This document shows, piece by piece, positions 8,848 through 18,076 of a stretch of 23,701 nucleotides of DNA. The stretch is from contig JARRQT010000162.1 in the NCBI GenBank assembly GCA_037381445.1, positions 505 to 24,205 on the forward strand, written 5' to 3'. The notes below the pieces were generated by a model. That model saw only the letters and a program-made list of their open reading frames with translations. It did no database searches and was not told where the DNA came from. Each line of letters begins with the position of its first letter. The stretch's first letter is position 1. A program made the translations under genes and the position numbers. This DNA is from Calditrichia bacterium. GTDB taxonomy: Bacteria > Calditrichota > Calditrichia > RBG-13-44-9.

Positions 8848-11800
8848 ATGAAGAAAAGCATAAACATAACATTCCCGTTGATTTTGTTGGGAATATTTTT
8901 GCTGATGATCATGTCGTCCGGTTTTGCGAAAAACTACGACACCGATTTCAGCAATTCATTCTTCAAACAAAATGCGGACAGAGAGACTCGCACGCTATCC
9001 AATGCAGGAAACTGGTCTTACTGGATTCAATATGACGGATTGTCCGGTTATGATCCTGTATCTTCAATTGCCGGCGGAACCTACCCCCGGGGAACTGCTA
9101 CGCTGATTTTCCAGGACGGCGTTGTATGGGGCGCCTTTGTGCAGGACACCAGCGCCCAGAACCCGCGGGTCGGCGGACAGACCTATAATATCGGCACCAG
9201 CGCCGGCGCCATTATTACTCCGGGCGTTGCCCCGTTTGGCGCTTCTCGTGCAGTGGCGGAACAGGCCAGCGAGGTGCAGTTATACCGCATCAATGTTGAC
9301 TATACCGTGCCTTTCGATCAGTTAACAGAACAGCAGCAGAACAACGCGCTGAAAGTGTTGCGCCAGGATGCGGCGGAAGTAAACTCCATAGGGGTTTCTG
9401 CGGTGAGCGACCAGCAGGTGATCGATGTGGTGAACCAGTATGCGGCCGATTATGCCAACTGGCCGGCCGACAAGGGCGCGCCGACCTATCCGGATGGTAC
9501 GCCGGGTATTGCCGGTGCCGATCAGGTGATCTGGTTTGTGGTGAATGACCTTGACATTGGCCGTACCAGCAGTCTGTATGGCTCCAATCCCATGGGAATC
9601 GAGTGCCAGATAACAATTTGGTCCTATAATCAGCCCACCACTCAGTTGGGACAGGTGATTTATAAGCAGTATAAAATCATTAACAAATCCGGCGTTGAGA
9701 TGGACTCCATGTATGTCGCGCAATGGTCTGACCCGGATGTTGGCGAAGCCGGCGATGACTTTGCGGGCTGCGATACGGTACGCAGTATCGGCTATGCCTA
9801 CAACGGCTACCTGCAGGACCGCACCTATGAACTGGTGGGGCTTCCTCCGCCCTCCGGCGGCTATGACTTCTTCCAGGGACCGCTGGTCGCGGGAAAAGCC
9901 GGACAGGATCTTAACAAGAACGGGATTCCCGATAATGAAGATTTTGGTATTTTTAATTTGAAACGGGTCGGTCCCGGATTGATAAACCTGCCGATGACGA
10001 ATTTTATTTACTTTGCTGCCGGCAGCCCCATTTCCGATCCGCCCTTGCGGGATTATGAAGGGACCATTGAATGGTACAAAATGCTTAACGGCTATATCCC
10101 CAATAATGATGATCCTACCGATAACGTCCGTTATACGGCGGGATTCGGACCTACCCGCGGAGAAGATACAAAGTATCCGCTGGCGGGAAATCCGTTCACC
10201 GAAACCGGCGACATTGACGGCCGCGGGGACAATTTCCCTCCCGGTGACCGCCGTATTGCGTTGTGTTCCGGTCCCTTTGTCATGCAGCCCGGCGATACCC
10301 AGGAAGTGACCGTGGCCGTGGTGGGTGGTATCATTGAACAGACCGGTGGTAACAACCGTAACGCAGTAGAGCAGATGAAGCTGAATGACGACTATGCACA
10401 GATTATATTCGACAGCTTATTCAGCGCCATTCCTAAACCTCAGCCCTCTCCGGCTGTGAGTTATTATACAGAGCCCGGCGCCATACAGTTCGAATGGGGT
10501 TCCGATCTGGAAGCAGTCAAAGCCACCGAAGAAACCGAAATTCTTGGTTTCAAATTTGAAGGGTATAATATCTACCAGCTGCCTACCGCCTCTTCTACCA
10601 AGGCTGCGGCAAAACTGATACAGACCTATGATGTCGTGGATAACGTGACGACCATTCGCGCCCCGCTTTTCCTGCCTGAATTCAAGGACGTGGTAACGGT
10701 GCCGGTGCAGTTCGGAACCGATAATGGTATCACCCGCTATTTCACTGCAACCAAAGATTATATCAATGACAAGGTGCTTGACGCGGGAAATGAATATTAT
10801 TTTGCCATTACCGCTTATAACTACAACCCGAATTTCCCCAATCCCACACTGGAGAGCCCGCTGAATGTTATTACGGTAACGCCCCAGGGTCCGGTTCCGG
10901 GTGTAAAATATGAAACCCAGGTTGGTGAAGTGCAGATGGGTGATCATGTTTCCGGTATCAGCGACGGTATTGTGGAAGCCATCGTCGTTGATCCCGGGCA
11001 GATTACCGGGGACCAGTACGAGGTATACTTTAACCAGGATACAACCGGTACCTACTTCTGGAACCTGAGAAATACTACCACCGGTACGGTTGTTCTGACT
11101 GACCAGCCTGTACTGGCAAATGTTGGTGACAGCAACACCCAGCCGTTCGTGGATGGTTTCCAGGTCAAGGTTTCCGGACCTCCCGTGGGTATTAACACCA
11201 CATATCCCGGTCCCTATGGGGATGATCCTACCGAAAACGGCTGGAACTGGGAAGGCACCCGCTGGGTAAGTGGATACTCTCCTGCGGGCGGCCCCACATT
11301 TTTCGGGGGCTTGTTTAATGGTGTGGACTTCTTTGGCAGCGATATAACGCCTACCGAATACGTAAATGTTAATATGGAATGGGCAAGCGCCACCGACCGT
11401 TCCGATCTCAGCGCTGAAGGACTGGCGGCAGCCAGCCAGACCGAGGAACCGGACAGATGGTCGAAAGCTATTGTCTACCGAAGAGATCTGGGTTATGCGC
11501 CTCAAGCCACGCTGGGCATGATACCCTTTGCTCTTTATGATACCAATGTTGATCCCCCCCGCCGCTTAAAAATCGCCTTTGTGGAGGATGCCAATGACGG
11601 CGTAGCGAACCTGCTGTGGGATATGGGCTGGGATGGCGAAGCTTTTAAGGCTGGTGGCGGACGTGAATATATATTTATGTTGAATGATACGTATGATGAA
11701 GATTATACGGATTATATAAATGGGACCAAGGACGGACTGAGCGGTCCGGCCATGTATGACATCTGGCCTGCAGCGCGTGGTGATCATCCCTATTTGGAGG

Positions 11801-12225
11801 CTGATTGGGAGATGCAGGTTATTGCCAGCAAGGTGATTACCCTCGAAGACAAATATACGATCCAGTTCCCCAAGACCGAACAGAGCACCGCACTGGCAAA
11901 ACAGGATGTGGAAAAGATCAATGTTTTCCCGAATCCTTACTATGCATATAATCCTTCCGAGAAGAACCGGTTCGACCGCTTCGTGACATTCAACCACATG
12001 CCAAGAAAAGCCACCGTACGGATTTTCAATTTGGGTGGCGTGCAGGTCAGAAAACTGGAGAAAAATTCTGACTCGCAATTCTTCCAGTGGGATTTGAAGA
12101 ATGAGCACAATCTGCCGGTCGCCAGCGGTCTATATGTCGCTTACATTGATATGCCGGATCTGGGAAAAACCAAGACACTAAAAGTAATGATCATCCAGGG
12201 TCAGCAAATTCTCGAATCTTATTAA
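8848..12225 (+). CDS. Large secreted protein with Fn3-like domain and T9SS type A / FlgD-Ig-like C-terminal domain
   Basis: Signal peptide; Fn3-like FEW...FEGYNIY...YYFAITAY; C-terminal INVFPNPYY...VRIFNLGG...WDLKN...VASGLY...KTLKVMII; Ca-loop-like DLNKNGIPD. Confidence 0.85.
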   Translation: MKKSINITFPLILLGIFLLMIMSSGFAKNYDTDFSNSFFKQNADRETRTLSNAGNWSYWIQYDGLSGYDPVSSIAGGTYPRGTATLIFQDGVVWGAFVQDTSAQNPRVGGQTYNIGTSAGAIITPGVAPFGASRAVAEQASEVQLYRINVDYTVPFDQLTEQQQNNALKVLRQDAAEVNSIGVSAVSDQQVIDVVNQYAADYANWPADKGAPTYPDGTPGIAGADQVIWFVVNDLDIGRTSSLYGSNPMGIECQITIWSYNQPTTQLGQVIYKQYKIINKSGVEMDSMYVAQWSDPDVGEAGDDFAGCDTVRSIGYAYNGYLQDRTYELVGLPPPSGGYDFFQGPLVAGKAGQDLNKNGIPDNEDFGIFNLKRVGPGLINLPMTNFIYFAAGSPISDPPLRDYEGTIEWYKMLNGYIPNNDDPTDNVRYTAGFGPTRGEDTKYPLAGNPFTETGDIDGRGDNFPPGDRRIALCSGPFVMQPGDTQEVTVAVVGGIIEQTGGNNRNAVEQMKLNDDYAQIIFDSLFSAIPKPQPSPAVSYYTEPGAIQFEWGSDLEAVKATEETEILGFKFEGYNIYQLPTASSTKAAAKLIQTYDVVDNVTTIRAPLFLPEFKDVVTVPVQFGTDNGITRYFTATKDYINDKVLDAGNEYYFAITAYNYNPNFPNPTLESPLNVITVTPQGPVPGVKYETQVGEVQMGDHVSGISDGIVEAIVVDPGQITGDQYEVYFNQDTTGTYFWNLRNTTTGTVVLTDQPVLANVGDSNTQPFVDGFQVKVSGPPVGINTTYPGPYGDDPTENGWNWEGTRWVSGYSPAGGPTFFGGLFNGVDFFGSDITPTEYVNVNMEWASATDRSDLSAEGLAAASQTEEPDRWSKAIVYRRDLGYAPQATLGMIPFALYDTNVDPPRRLKIAFVEDANDGVANLLWDMGWDGEAFKAGGGREYIFMLNDTYDEDYTDYINGTKDGLSGPAMYDIWPAARGDHPYLEADWEMQVIASKVITLEDKYTIQFPKTEQSTALAKQDVEKINVFPNPYYAYNPSEKNRFDRFVTFNHMPRKATVRIFNLGGVQVRKLEKNSDSQFFQWDLKNEHNLPVASGLYVAYIDMPDLGKTKTLKVMIIQGQQILESY

Positions 12226-12292
12226 ACCGAGAGGAAGAAGCGTTTCTAAAACACATGTTAATTAAAAATGAAATTAAGTCAGGGAGTAAAAA

Positions 12293-13330
12293 ATGATACA
12301 TAAAAAGAGTATAACTATTGTTGCTTTTCTCCTGCTGATCCTCGCTCTGGGGATGACCTCTCTGTTTGCCGGGGATGCATCCCGGATCGGGACGGCTGCA
12401 GGATCGGAGCTGCTGATACCGGTCGGTGCACGTGATCTGGCCATGGGTGGTGCTGATATGGCGAATACCCAGGGGTTGGATGCGATGTACTGGAATCCCG
12501 CCGGTTTCGCCAATATGCGTTTTAACGCAGGCGCTCAATTTTCAACCATGACCATCTTCAATGATATTGCGATCAATTATCTGGCCCTTGGTGTGAAGGC
12601 GGGTCGCTTTGGCTCAATTGGCGCCTCTATCAAGCAGTTCAATTTTGGTGATATTCCTTTCACCACCAATGAGGATATGGACGGGTCTTCCGGAAGAACG
12701 TTTTCACCAACTTTCTTCGTCGGAAGTTTAACCTATTCCAGGATGCTGACCGATGCCATTCTTGTCGGTTTAACTGGCAAGATTATTTCGGAAAGCGTAC
12801 CCCGTGCTTCTGCAAACGCCATCGCCTTTGACATCGGTATCCAGTATCACGGTCTGGGTCAAATCGAGGGTTTGAACATGGGATTGGTGGTAAGGAACAT
12901 CGGTACCAACCTGGAATATTCCGGTGCTGCACTTCTGGTGCGTTCGGTTAATGACCTGGGCGTTGCCGATTTCCGGAACCGTCCCACGGCATCCAATCAG
13001 TTGCCAGCGACTGTTGAACTGGGACTGAGCTATAACAGGTCGATCAATGAACAGAATAAGGTGATTGTTTCCGGAATGTTCCAGAACAACAACTTTGAGA
13101 ATGATCAGTATAAGATTGGTGCCGAATATACTTACAGTGAGCTTATTTCACTGCGGGCCGGCTATTTGTATACCCAAAAAACTGATGCAGCAGATATTCT
13201 CTACAAATTTACTGCCGGTTTGGGTCTCCATTACAAACTTGGTACAACCGACCTGACGCTGGATTATGCCTTCAGGGATTCTCAGTACTTCGATGGCAAT
13301 AATCTTTTCTCATTGACGGTTGGATTTTAA
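12293..13330 (+). CDS. PorV/PorQ-family outer-membrane beta-barrel
   Basis: LLIPVGARDLAMGGA and AMYWNPAGFA signature; amphipathic strands (IAFDIGIQY, ISLRAGY, LDYAF); C-terminal FSLTVGF. Confidence 0.88.
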   Translation: MIHKKSITIVAFLLLILALGMTSLFAGDASRIGTAAGSELLIPVGARDLAMGGADMANTQGLDAMYWNPAGFANMRFNAGAQFSTMTIFNDIAINYLALGVKAGRFGSIGASIKQFNFGDIPFTTNEDMDGSSGRTFSPTFFVGSLTYSRMLTDAILVGLTGKIISESVPRASANAIAFDIGIQYHGLGQIEGLNMGLVVRNIGTNLEYSGAALLVRSVNDLGVADFRNRPTASNQLPATVELGLSYNRSINEQNKVIVSGMFQNNNFENDQYKIGAEYTYSELISLRAGYLYTQKTDAADILYKFTAGLGLHYKLGTTDLTLDYAFRDSQYFDGNNLFSLTVGF

Positions 13331-13363
13331 TTGATAAGGGATTTAAGAGTTAGGTTTTAAAAA

Positions 13364-13399
13364 GAGAGCGGCGACTCCGGTTGCCGCTCTCAACTTTTT
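13364..13399 (+). terminator. Intrinsic terminator of the receptor operon
   Basis: GAGAGCGGCGAC-tccg-GTTGCCGCTCTC followed by AAC and a T run. Confidence 0.8.
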
Positions 13400-13441
13400 G
13401 ACCTTCATCGATTGAGTTTTAGATTTGACGCAGAATTAGTG

Positions 13442-13477
13442 TTATGAAAAATCCCGAGCAATCGGGATTTTTCATAA
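13442..13477. terminator. Perfect 16-bp hairpin with GCAA loop, bidirectional-terminator-like
   Basis: TTATGAAAAATCCCGA-gcaa-TCGGGATTTTTCATAA. Confidence 0.7.
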
Positions 13478-13520
13478 GATTAAAAGAGGTCAGATTATTT
13501 TCTTGGAAGAATCTAAAAAA

Positions 13521-13905
13521 TCTATGGCAAGATTTTAAGAGAATATTATCCAGGGAAAGTCACAAGCGCGAAATAATAGATTCAGCTTTTAATTGTTTTG
13601 CAAATGGAGGAAGTTATTTGTGTTTTTCTTTGGGCAGCAGCGGCTATTTCTTTGATTTAGGGTCTATCGCAAGATTTTAAGAGAGTATTATCCAGGGAAA
13701 GTCACAAGCGCGAAATAATAGATTCAGCTTTTAATTGTTTTGCAAATGGAGGAAGTTATTTGTGTTTTTCTTTGGGCAGCAGCGGCTATTTCTTTGATTT
13801 AGGGACAAGCGCGAAATAATAGATTCAGCTTTTAATTGTTTTGCAAATGGAGGAAGTTATTTGTGTTTTTCTTTGGGCAGCAGCGGCTATTTCTTTGATT
13901 TAGGG
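13521..13905. repeat. Tandem direct repeat: 142 bp (13521-13662), 142 bp (13663-13804) and 101-bp core only (13805-13905)
   Basis: The core ACAAGCGCG...TTTGATTTAGGG is identical in all three copies; the 41-bp leader occurs twice with two substitutions (tctatG/C, gagaA/G). Confidence 0.97.
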
Positions 13906-14167
13906 GACGGCGCTGCTATGCCTAACAGAAATTAGTCCGGCAGATATTTTTTATTATAATTGCCCGGGGAATAAAAATTCATTTAATTGACAAAGTAAAT
14001 TTGGCAAAAGGAAAATAAAATCCAGAACAAATGGCTGTCTTGGGCATAAAAAATTTGAGAGTCATAAAGAACAAAGTTTGAGGAATATTCAGGCGATACA
14101 AAAATCCATTCAGGAGCAAATCACCAATTTTAAATTCGTTAACTATCATAAATCCCGGAGCAGACCT

Positions 14168-15529
14168 ATGTCTTTATTTCAAAAATTTTTACTAATCACG
14201 CTGCTAAGCCTTTTCGTCGGTTTTGCAGTTGTGTCTGCAGGAAACACAGAACTGAAATTCAATATGGATTATGGAAGGTTTCGTTATGACAGCACCTCTG
14301 TTTACCTGGAGGTCTATTATACGGTTTTCGGCAAAGATATCCGGTATAATTCAAACGGAGAAGGAGAGACCTCTGAAACGCTGCATTTTGCGGTTTTGAA
14401 CTCACGTCAGGATTCGGTATTGGCTAAGGAACAAATACATGTCAAGTTTAAGAAACCAGCGAATGCAGAAGAGGCCGCGGCGCAGGGTACCATGGGAATG
14501 GTCAAAATTATCCTTCCTGCAGGAAAATATGTTATCCAAATGTCACACGCCCAGGATACGCTAAGCTCTGATGTTTCTGTGGGGGCTTTTCAGGGCGATC
14601 GTATCATGATGAGCGATCTGGAGCTATGCTCCAACATCATTACATCATCGAAAAATACCAGTGACCTGTTCTATAAAAACACCATGGAAGTAATTCCGCA
14701 TCCTTCGCTTATTTATGGGAAGGGGCTGCCGCGCTTATACTATTATATCGAGATGTATAATCTTAAGCACCCGGATGTAAAACCGCATGATAAGATTTCG
14801 GTCGAAACTGTGGTGGCGGATGCAGACGGAAATGTCCGGTTAAGAAAGGAATATTCCAGGGATCACAGCACTGAATCTACCGTGGAACGTGGCGCTTTTA
14901 ATGTGAGCCGGCTCGAAACGGGACTTTATACATTAATTTTTGCTGCAACAGATTCATCCACAAACACTGCTGTATATCGCCGCCGCAATTTTTATGTCCA
15001 GAACCCCGATGTGGTTATCGCCCGGGCAGAACAGGGTCCCGAGAGTTATACGCAGAGCGAATTCAGGGATATGCCGGAAAAGATGCTGGACGACATGTTT
15101 GCCCAGGCACGCTATATTGCATCAAATTCAGAAATTAATGTTTATAAAGTCCTGAATACGGTGGAAAGTAAACGCCAGTTTTTGTTTAAATTCTGGAAAG
15201 ATCAGGATAAAAAACGCCCCGGTTGGCAGGATGAGTATTACTCCCGGGTGGACTATGCCAATGAACACTATTCTGTTGGGGGAACGCCCGGCTGGCAGAC
15301 TGATATGGGGCGTGTTTATGTCCTTTATGGGGAAGCAAGCCGGTACGAGAGACGGCCGGTAGGAGCCGGTGAAAAGCCCTATGAAGTTTGGTACTATAAT
15401 GATATAGAAGGTGGTGTGGAGTTCGATTTTGTAGACCTGACCGGATTCGGCGATTATAAACTGGTCAATTCCACCAAGCGGGATGAAATCACTTACCCCA
15501 ATTGGAAAGATTATATCTACAAGCATTAG
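14168..15529 (+). CDS. GWxTD domain-containing exported protein
   Basis: SD GGAG then ATG 14168; signal peptide; Ig-like N-terminal region; C-terminal FLFKFWK, EYYSRVDYANEHY, GWQTDMGRVYVLYG and PYEVWYY. Confidence 0.92.
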   Translation: MSLFQKFLLITLLSLFVGFAVVSAGNTELKFNMDYGRFRYDSTSVYLEVYYTVFGKDIRYNSNGEGETSETLHFAVLNSRQDSVLAKEQIHVKFKKPANAEEAAAQGTMGMVKIILPAGKYVIQMSHAQDTLSSDVSVGAFQGDRIMMSDLELCSNIITSSKNTSDLFYKNTMEVIPHPSLIYGKGLPRLYYYIEMYNLKHPDVKPHDKISVETVVADADGNVRLRKEYSRDHSTESTVERGAFNVSRLETGLYTLIFAATDSSTNTAVYRRRNFYVQNPDVVIARAEQGPESYTQSEFRDMPEKMLDDMFAQARYIASNSEINVYKVLNTVESKRQFLFKFWKDQDKKRPGWQDEYYSRVDYANEHYSVGGTPGWQTDMGRVYVLYGEASRYERRPVGAGEKPYEVWYYNDIEGGVEFDFVDLTGFGDYKLVNSTKRDEITYPNWKDYIYKH

Positions 15530-15570
15530 TCTTTTTCTTGCGGTAAAATTAACAGGCATACCTGATGTAT

Positions 15571-15608
15571 TAAGGCATCCCGGAAGAATTCCGGGGTGCC
15601 TTATCTTT
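15571..15608 (+). terminator. Intrinsic terminator after the GWxTD gene
   Basis: TAAGGCATCCCGGAA-gaa-TTCCGGGGTGCCTTA followed by TCTTT. Confidence 0.75.
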
Positions 15609-15737
15609 ATGAGAAAAGCAATTCAAATTAATTCAGTTACAGAAAAATAGATCTCCGATTGAATCCGTTCCTACAAAATTTTTTATTTGTGTTTTTTAAT
15701 TTCGTATAATAACTTTTTTGTGTCAGGAATTGGCGCT

Positions 15738-15810
15738 GCGGGTGTAACTCAGTTGGTAGAGTATCAGCTTCCCAAGCTGAGGGTCGCGGGTTCGAGTCCC
15801 GTCACCCGCT
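15738..15810 (+). tRNA. tRNA-Gly (anticodon CCC); CCA not encoded
   Basis: Acceptor stem GCGGGTG/CACCCGC, D-arm ACTCAGTTGGTAGAGT, anticodon arm TCAGC-TTCCCAA-GCTGA, T-loop GGTTCGAGTCC, discriminator T; TATAAT at 15705-15710 upstream. Confidence 0.97.
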
Positions 15811-15922
15811 CTTGTTTATTAATTACCTTCCCGTCTTTTAGACTGGTGATAGATATCACAGACTCTTTTACGCTTCACATATAACTTCAACGGGTACTTA
15901 TCTAAATTAAATGGAGGTAGAT

Positions 15923-16741
15923 ATGAGATTTATTGGTAGCATCATGCTGTGCCTGATTATGCTGCTTCCGGCTTTTCTCTATTCACAATATTATCAGCAA
16001 TCGCCCACGGGTGGTGTGATTGACTGGACGAATCAGGTGATCAGGGAAGTCGGAATCGGAGCGCCTAACCCGAATATGCCTATCGCTGCTCAGCGTGCCG
16101 GCGCATTGGAAGCCGCCAAAAGAGTGGCCCTGCGCAATTTGCTGGAAAGAGTTCAGGGAATGAATATTACTTCTGAAGTAACCATTGAACAGTATATGGT
16201 AACCAGTGATATTATTCGGAACCAGATTGAAGGTACCATCAGGAATTTTAAGGTGGTTGATGAAAAGTATAAGAGCGACGGCAGTGTTGAAGTTGAAGTG
16301 GAAGTCCCGCTTTCCGGTATTTACGGCGCGGTACTGCCCGATCAGATTCCCCAGGGAATGGCTCCCGGTCAGTCTGCACCGGGTATGACCCCGGGTTCCT
16401 CTGTTTATACGGGATTGATCATTGATGCCCGCGGCCTGGGTTTGCACCCTGCTCTGGCTCCCAAAGTGCTGGATGAAAACAATATGGAAGTCTATGGAAC
16501 AGGGCAGGTCAGCCGCGATTACGCCCTGCAAATCGGGGTGGTCGGTTATGAAAAAGATCTGAATCGCGCCCGGGCCAACGAAAGAGTGACAAACAATCCG
16601 ATTGTGGTGAAAGCAATTGGCGTGGCCGGCACTCATAAGACAGATGTGGTCCTTTCTAACAATGATGCCCAGGTGATTCGCAATGCAGCTGCAAACCTAA
16701 ATTTCCTGCAGCAATGCAAAGTCATGTTTATTTTGGATTAA
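15923..16741 (+). CDS. Exported LPP20-like domain protein
   Basis: SD GGAGGT then ATG 15923; signal peptide; beta-alpha-beta-beta pattern GIG...ALEAAKRVALRNLLERVQGMNI...VEVEVEV; second domain YTGLIIDARGL...PKVLDEN. Confidence 0.7.
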   Translation: MRFIGSIMLCLIMLLPAFLYSQYYQQSPTGGVIDWTNQVIREVGIGAPNPNMPIAAQRAGALEAAKRVALRNLLERVQGMNITSEVTIEQYMVTSDIIRNQIEGTIRNFKVVDEKYKSDGSVEVEVEVPLSGIYGAVLPDQIPQGMAPGQSAPGMTPGSSVYTGLIIDARGLGLHPALAPKVLDENNMEVYGTGQVSRDYALQIGVVGYEKDLNRARANERVTNNPIVVKAIGVAGTHKTDVVLSNNDAQVIRNAAANLNFLQQCKVMFILD

Positions 16742-16759
16742 ATAAAAGGGGAACATCCA

Positions 16760-17920
16760 ATGAAAATGAAATACCTTGTTTTCCTGAACCTGCTTTTTAT
16801 TGTCATTTATATGTTTGGATGCGGCGGTGCCCAGAAGGCACGTAAAGCCGAGTCAATTGTCGATTCTCCGGGTATCCATTATGACCGGGGGAAGACACTG
16901 CTGGATCAGGAAAAATATACTGACGCCATGTTTGAGTTCAAGCAGGCACAGAGCCTCGATCCCAAATATGCCCCTGCCTACGAAGGAATGTCATGGGTGT
17001 ATCTGGAAGACGGAGATTTGAAGAACGCCCAGGAAATGGCAGACAAATCACTGGATCTGGATGGGAAATGGGTGCTGGCGAAAATTGTACGCGCCAAAAT
17101 AATGGCAAAACAGGGCAAATACGATGATGCCATCAAAGAGGCGAATAATGCCATTAAGGATATTCCGAAATCGAGTTATCCCAATAAGAAACGGGCCACG
17201 GTTGAGGGATACATGACGCTTGGCGATATCTACAAAGAAGCCAATATGTACAACGAAGCGCAGGATGCCTATGGGAAAGTCCTGGAAATCGATAAGGCGA
17301 ACATGAAGGCAGATAAGGCTATCAAAGATCTGGCTGCCTATAAATCCGCGGTTGCGGGTCAAAGGGTTGAGCTGCAGAAAATTGCCGCGCAGAAGGAAAT
17401 CACCCGCGCAGATGTGGCGGTGCTTTTCGTACTGGAATTGCCGCTTCAGAAAATATTCCGCGAAGCACCCCAGGCCCAACAGGCCGGCTGGCGTCCGCCC
17501 ACGGCGCCGGTGATGGGAAAGAAAGAAGCCGTGGAAACCGGAAACGCGCTGCCTCCGGATGTCGCGGAAGACAACTGGGCCCGCTCTTTTATTCAGGAAG
17601 CGCTGGAAAAAGGAGTTCTGGAAGTAATGCCGGATGAGAATTTCCATCCTGCTGATAAGGTCGATCGCGCCGAGTTTGCCCGGCTCATCGAAAAATTTCT
17701 GGTCCGCTACTGGAATGATCCCACGCTGGAAACCAAATTTTTCGGCCAGACTTCTCCCTTCGCGGATGTGAACAATACCTCGCCGGTGTTCAATTCCGTC
17801 ATGGTGGTTTCCAGCCGCGGAATTATGCCAGGCATGGAAGACGGAACGTTCCAGCCGCTGGGACCGGTATCGGGAACGGAAGCATTGAATATTATCCGGA
17901 ATCTGAAATCAAAGCTGTAA
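16760..17920 (+). CDS. TPR-repeat lipoprotein with C-terminal S-layer homology (SLH) domains
   Basis: Lipobox-like MFG-C; TPR motifs (HYDRG...A...LDPKYAPAY, YMTLGDIY...YNEAQDAYGKVLEID); SLH motifs DVAEDNWA...FHPADKVDRAEFA and FADV...GIMPGMEDGTFQP. Confidence 0.88.
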   Translation: MKMKYLVFLNLLFIVIYMFGCGGAQKARKAESIVDSPGIHYDRGKTLLDQEKYTDAMFEFKQAQSLDPKYAPAYEGMSWVYLEDGDLKNAQEMADKSLDLDGKWVLAKIVRAKIMAKQGKYDDAIKEANNAIKDIPKSSYPNKKRATVEGYMTLGDIYKEANMYNEAQDAYGKVLEIDKANMKADKAIKDLAAYKSAVAGQRVELQKIAAQKEITRADVAVLFVLELPLQKIFREAPQAQQAGWRPPTAPVMGKKEAVETGNALPPDVAEDNWARSFIQEALEKGVLEVMPDENFHPADKVDRAEFARLIEKFLVRYWNDPTLETKFFGQTSPFADVNNTSPVFNSVMVVSSRGIMPGMEDGTFQPLGPVSGTEALNIIRNLKSKL

Positions 17921-18076
17921 TATCATCCGCCCCATCTTTTCAGTAAATACAGTGTGGACTGAATTGCCGGCAATTTTAAAAACCGGCTGCAAGCTCTCTG
18001 TCGGTTGAAATATCTTTTTATCGGATACCTTTATTCTCTGAATTCACATTTTGCAGATTTTCTGGAGAAAATAAAT

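Noticed and set aside
10417..11505. 362-aa antisense ORF (and similar ones at 21635-22606, 15983-16636, 18608-19246, 17048-17647)
   Set aside because: They lie wholly opposite well-supported genes and have no motifs; typical shadow ORFs.
13444..13680. 78-aa ORF across the hairpin and first repeat
   Set aside because: It starts within a terminator-like stem, has no SD and shows no recognisable motif.
13521..13905. CRISPR array
   Set aside because: Units are 101-142 bp, there are no unique spacers, and no cas genes are in the window.
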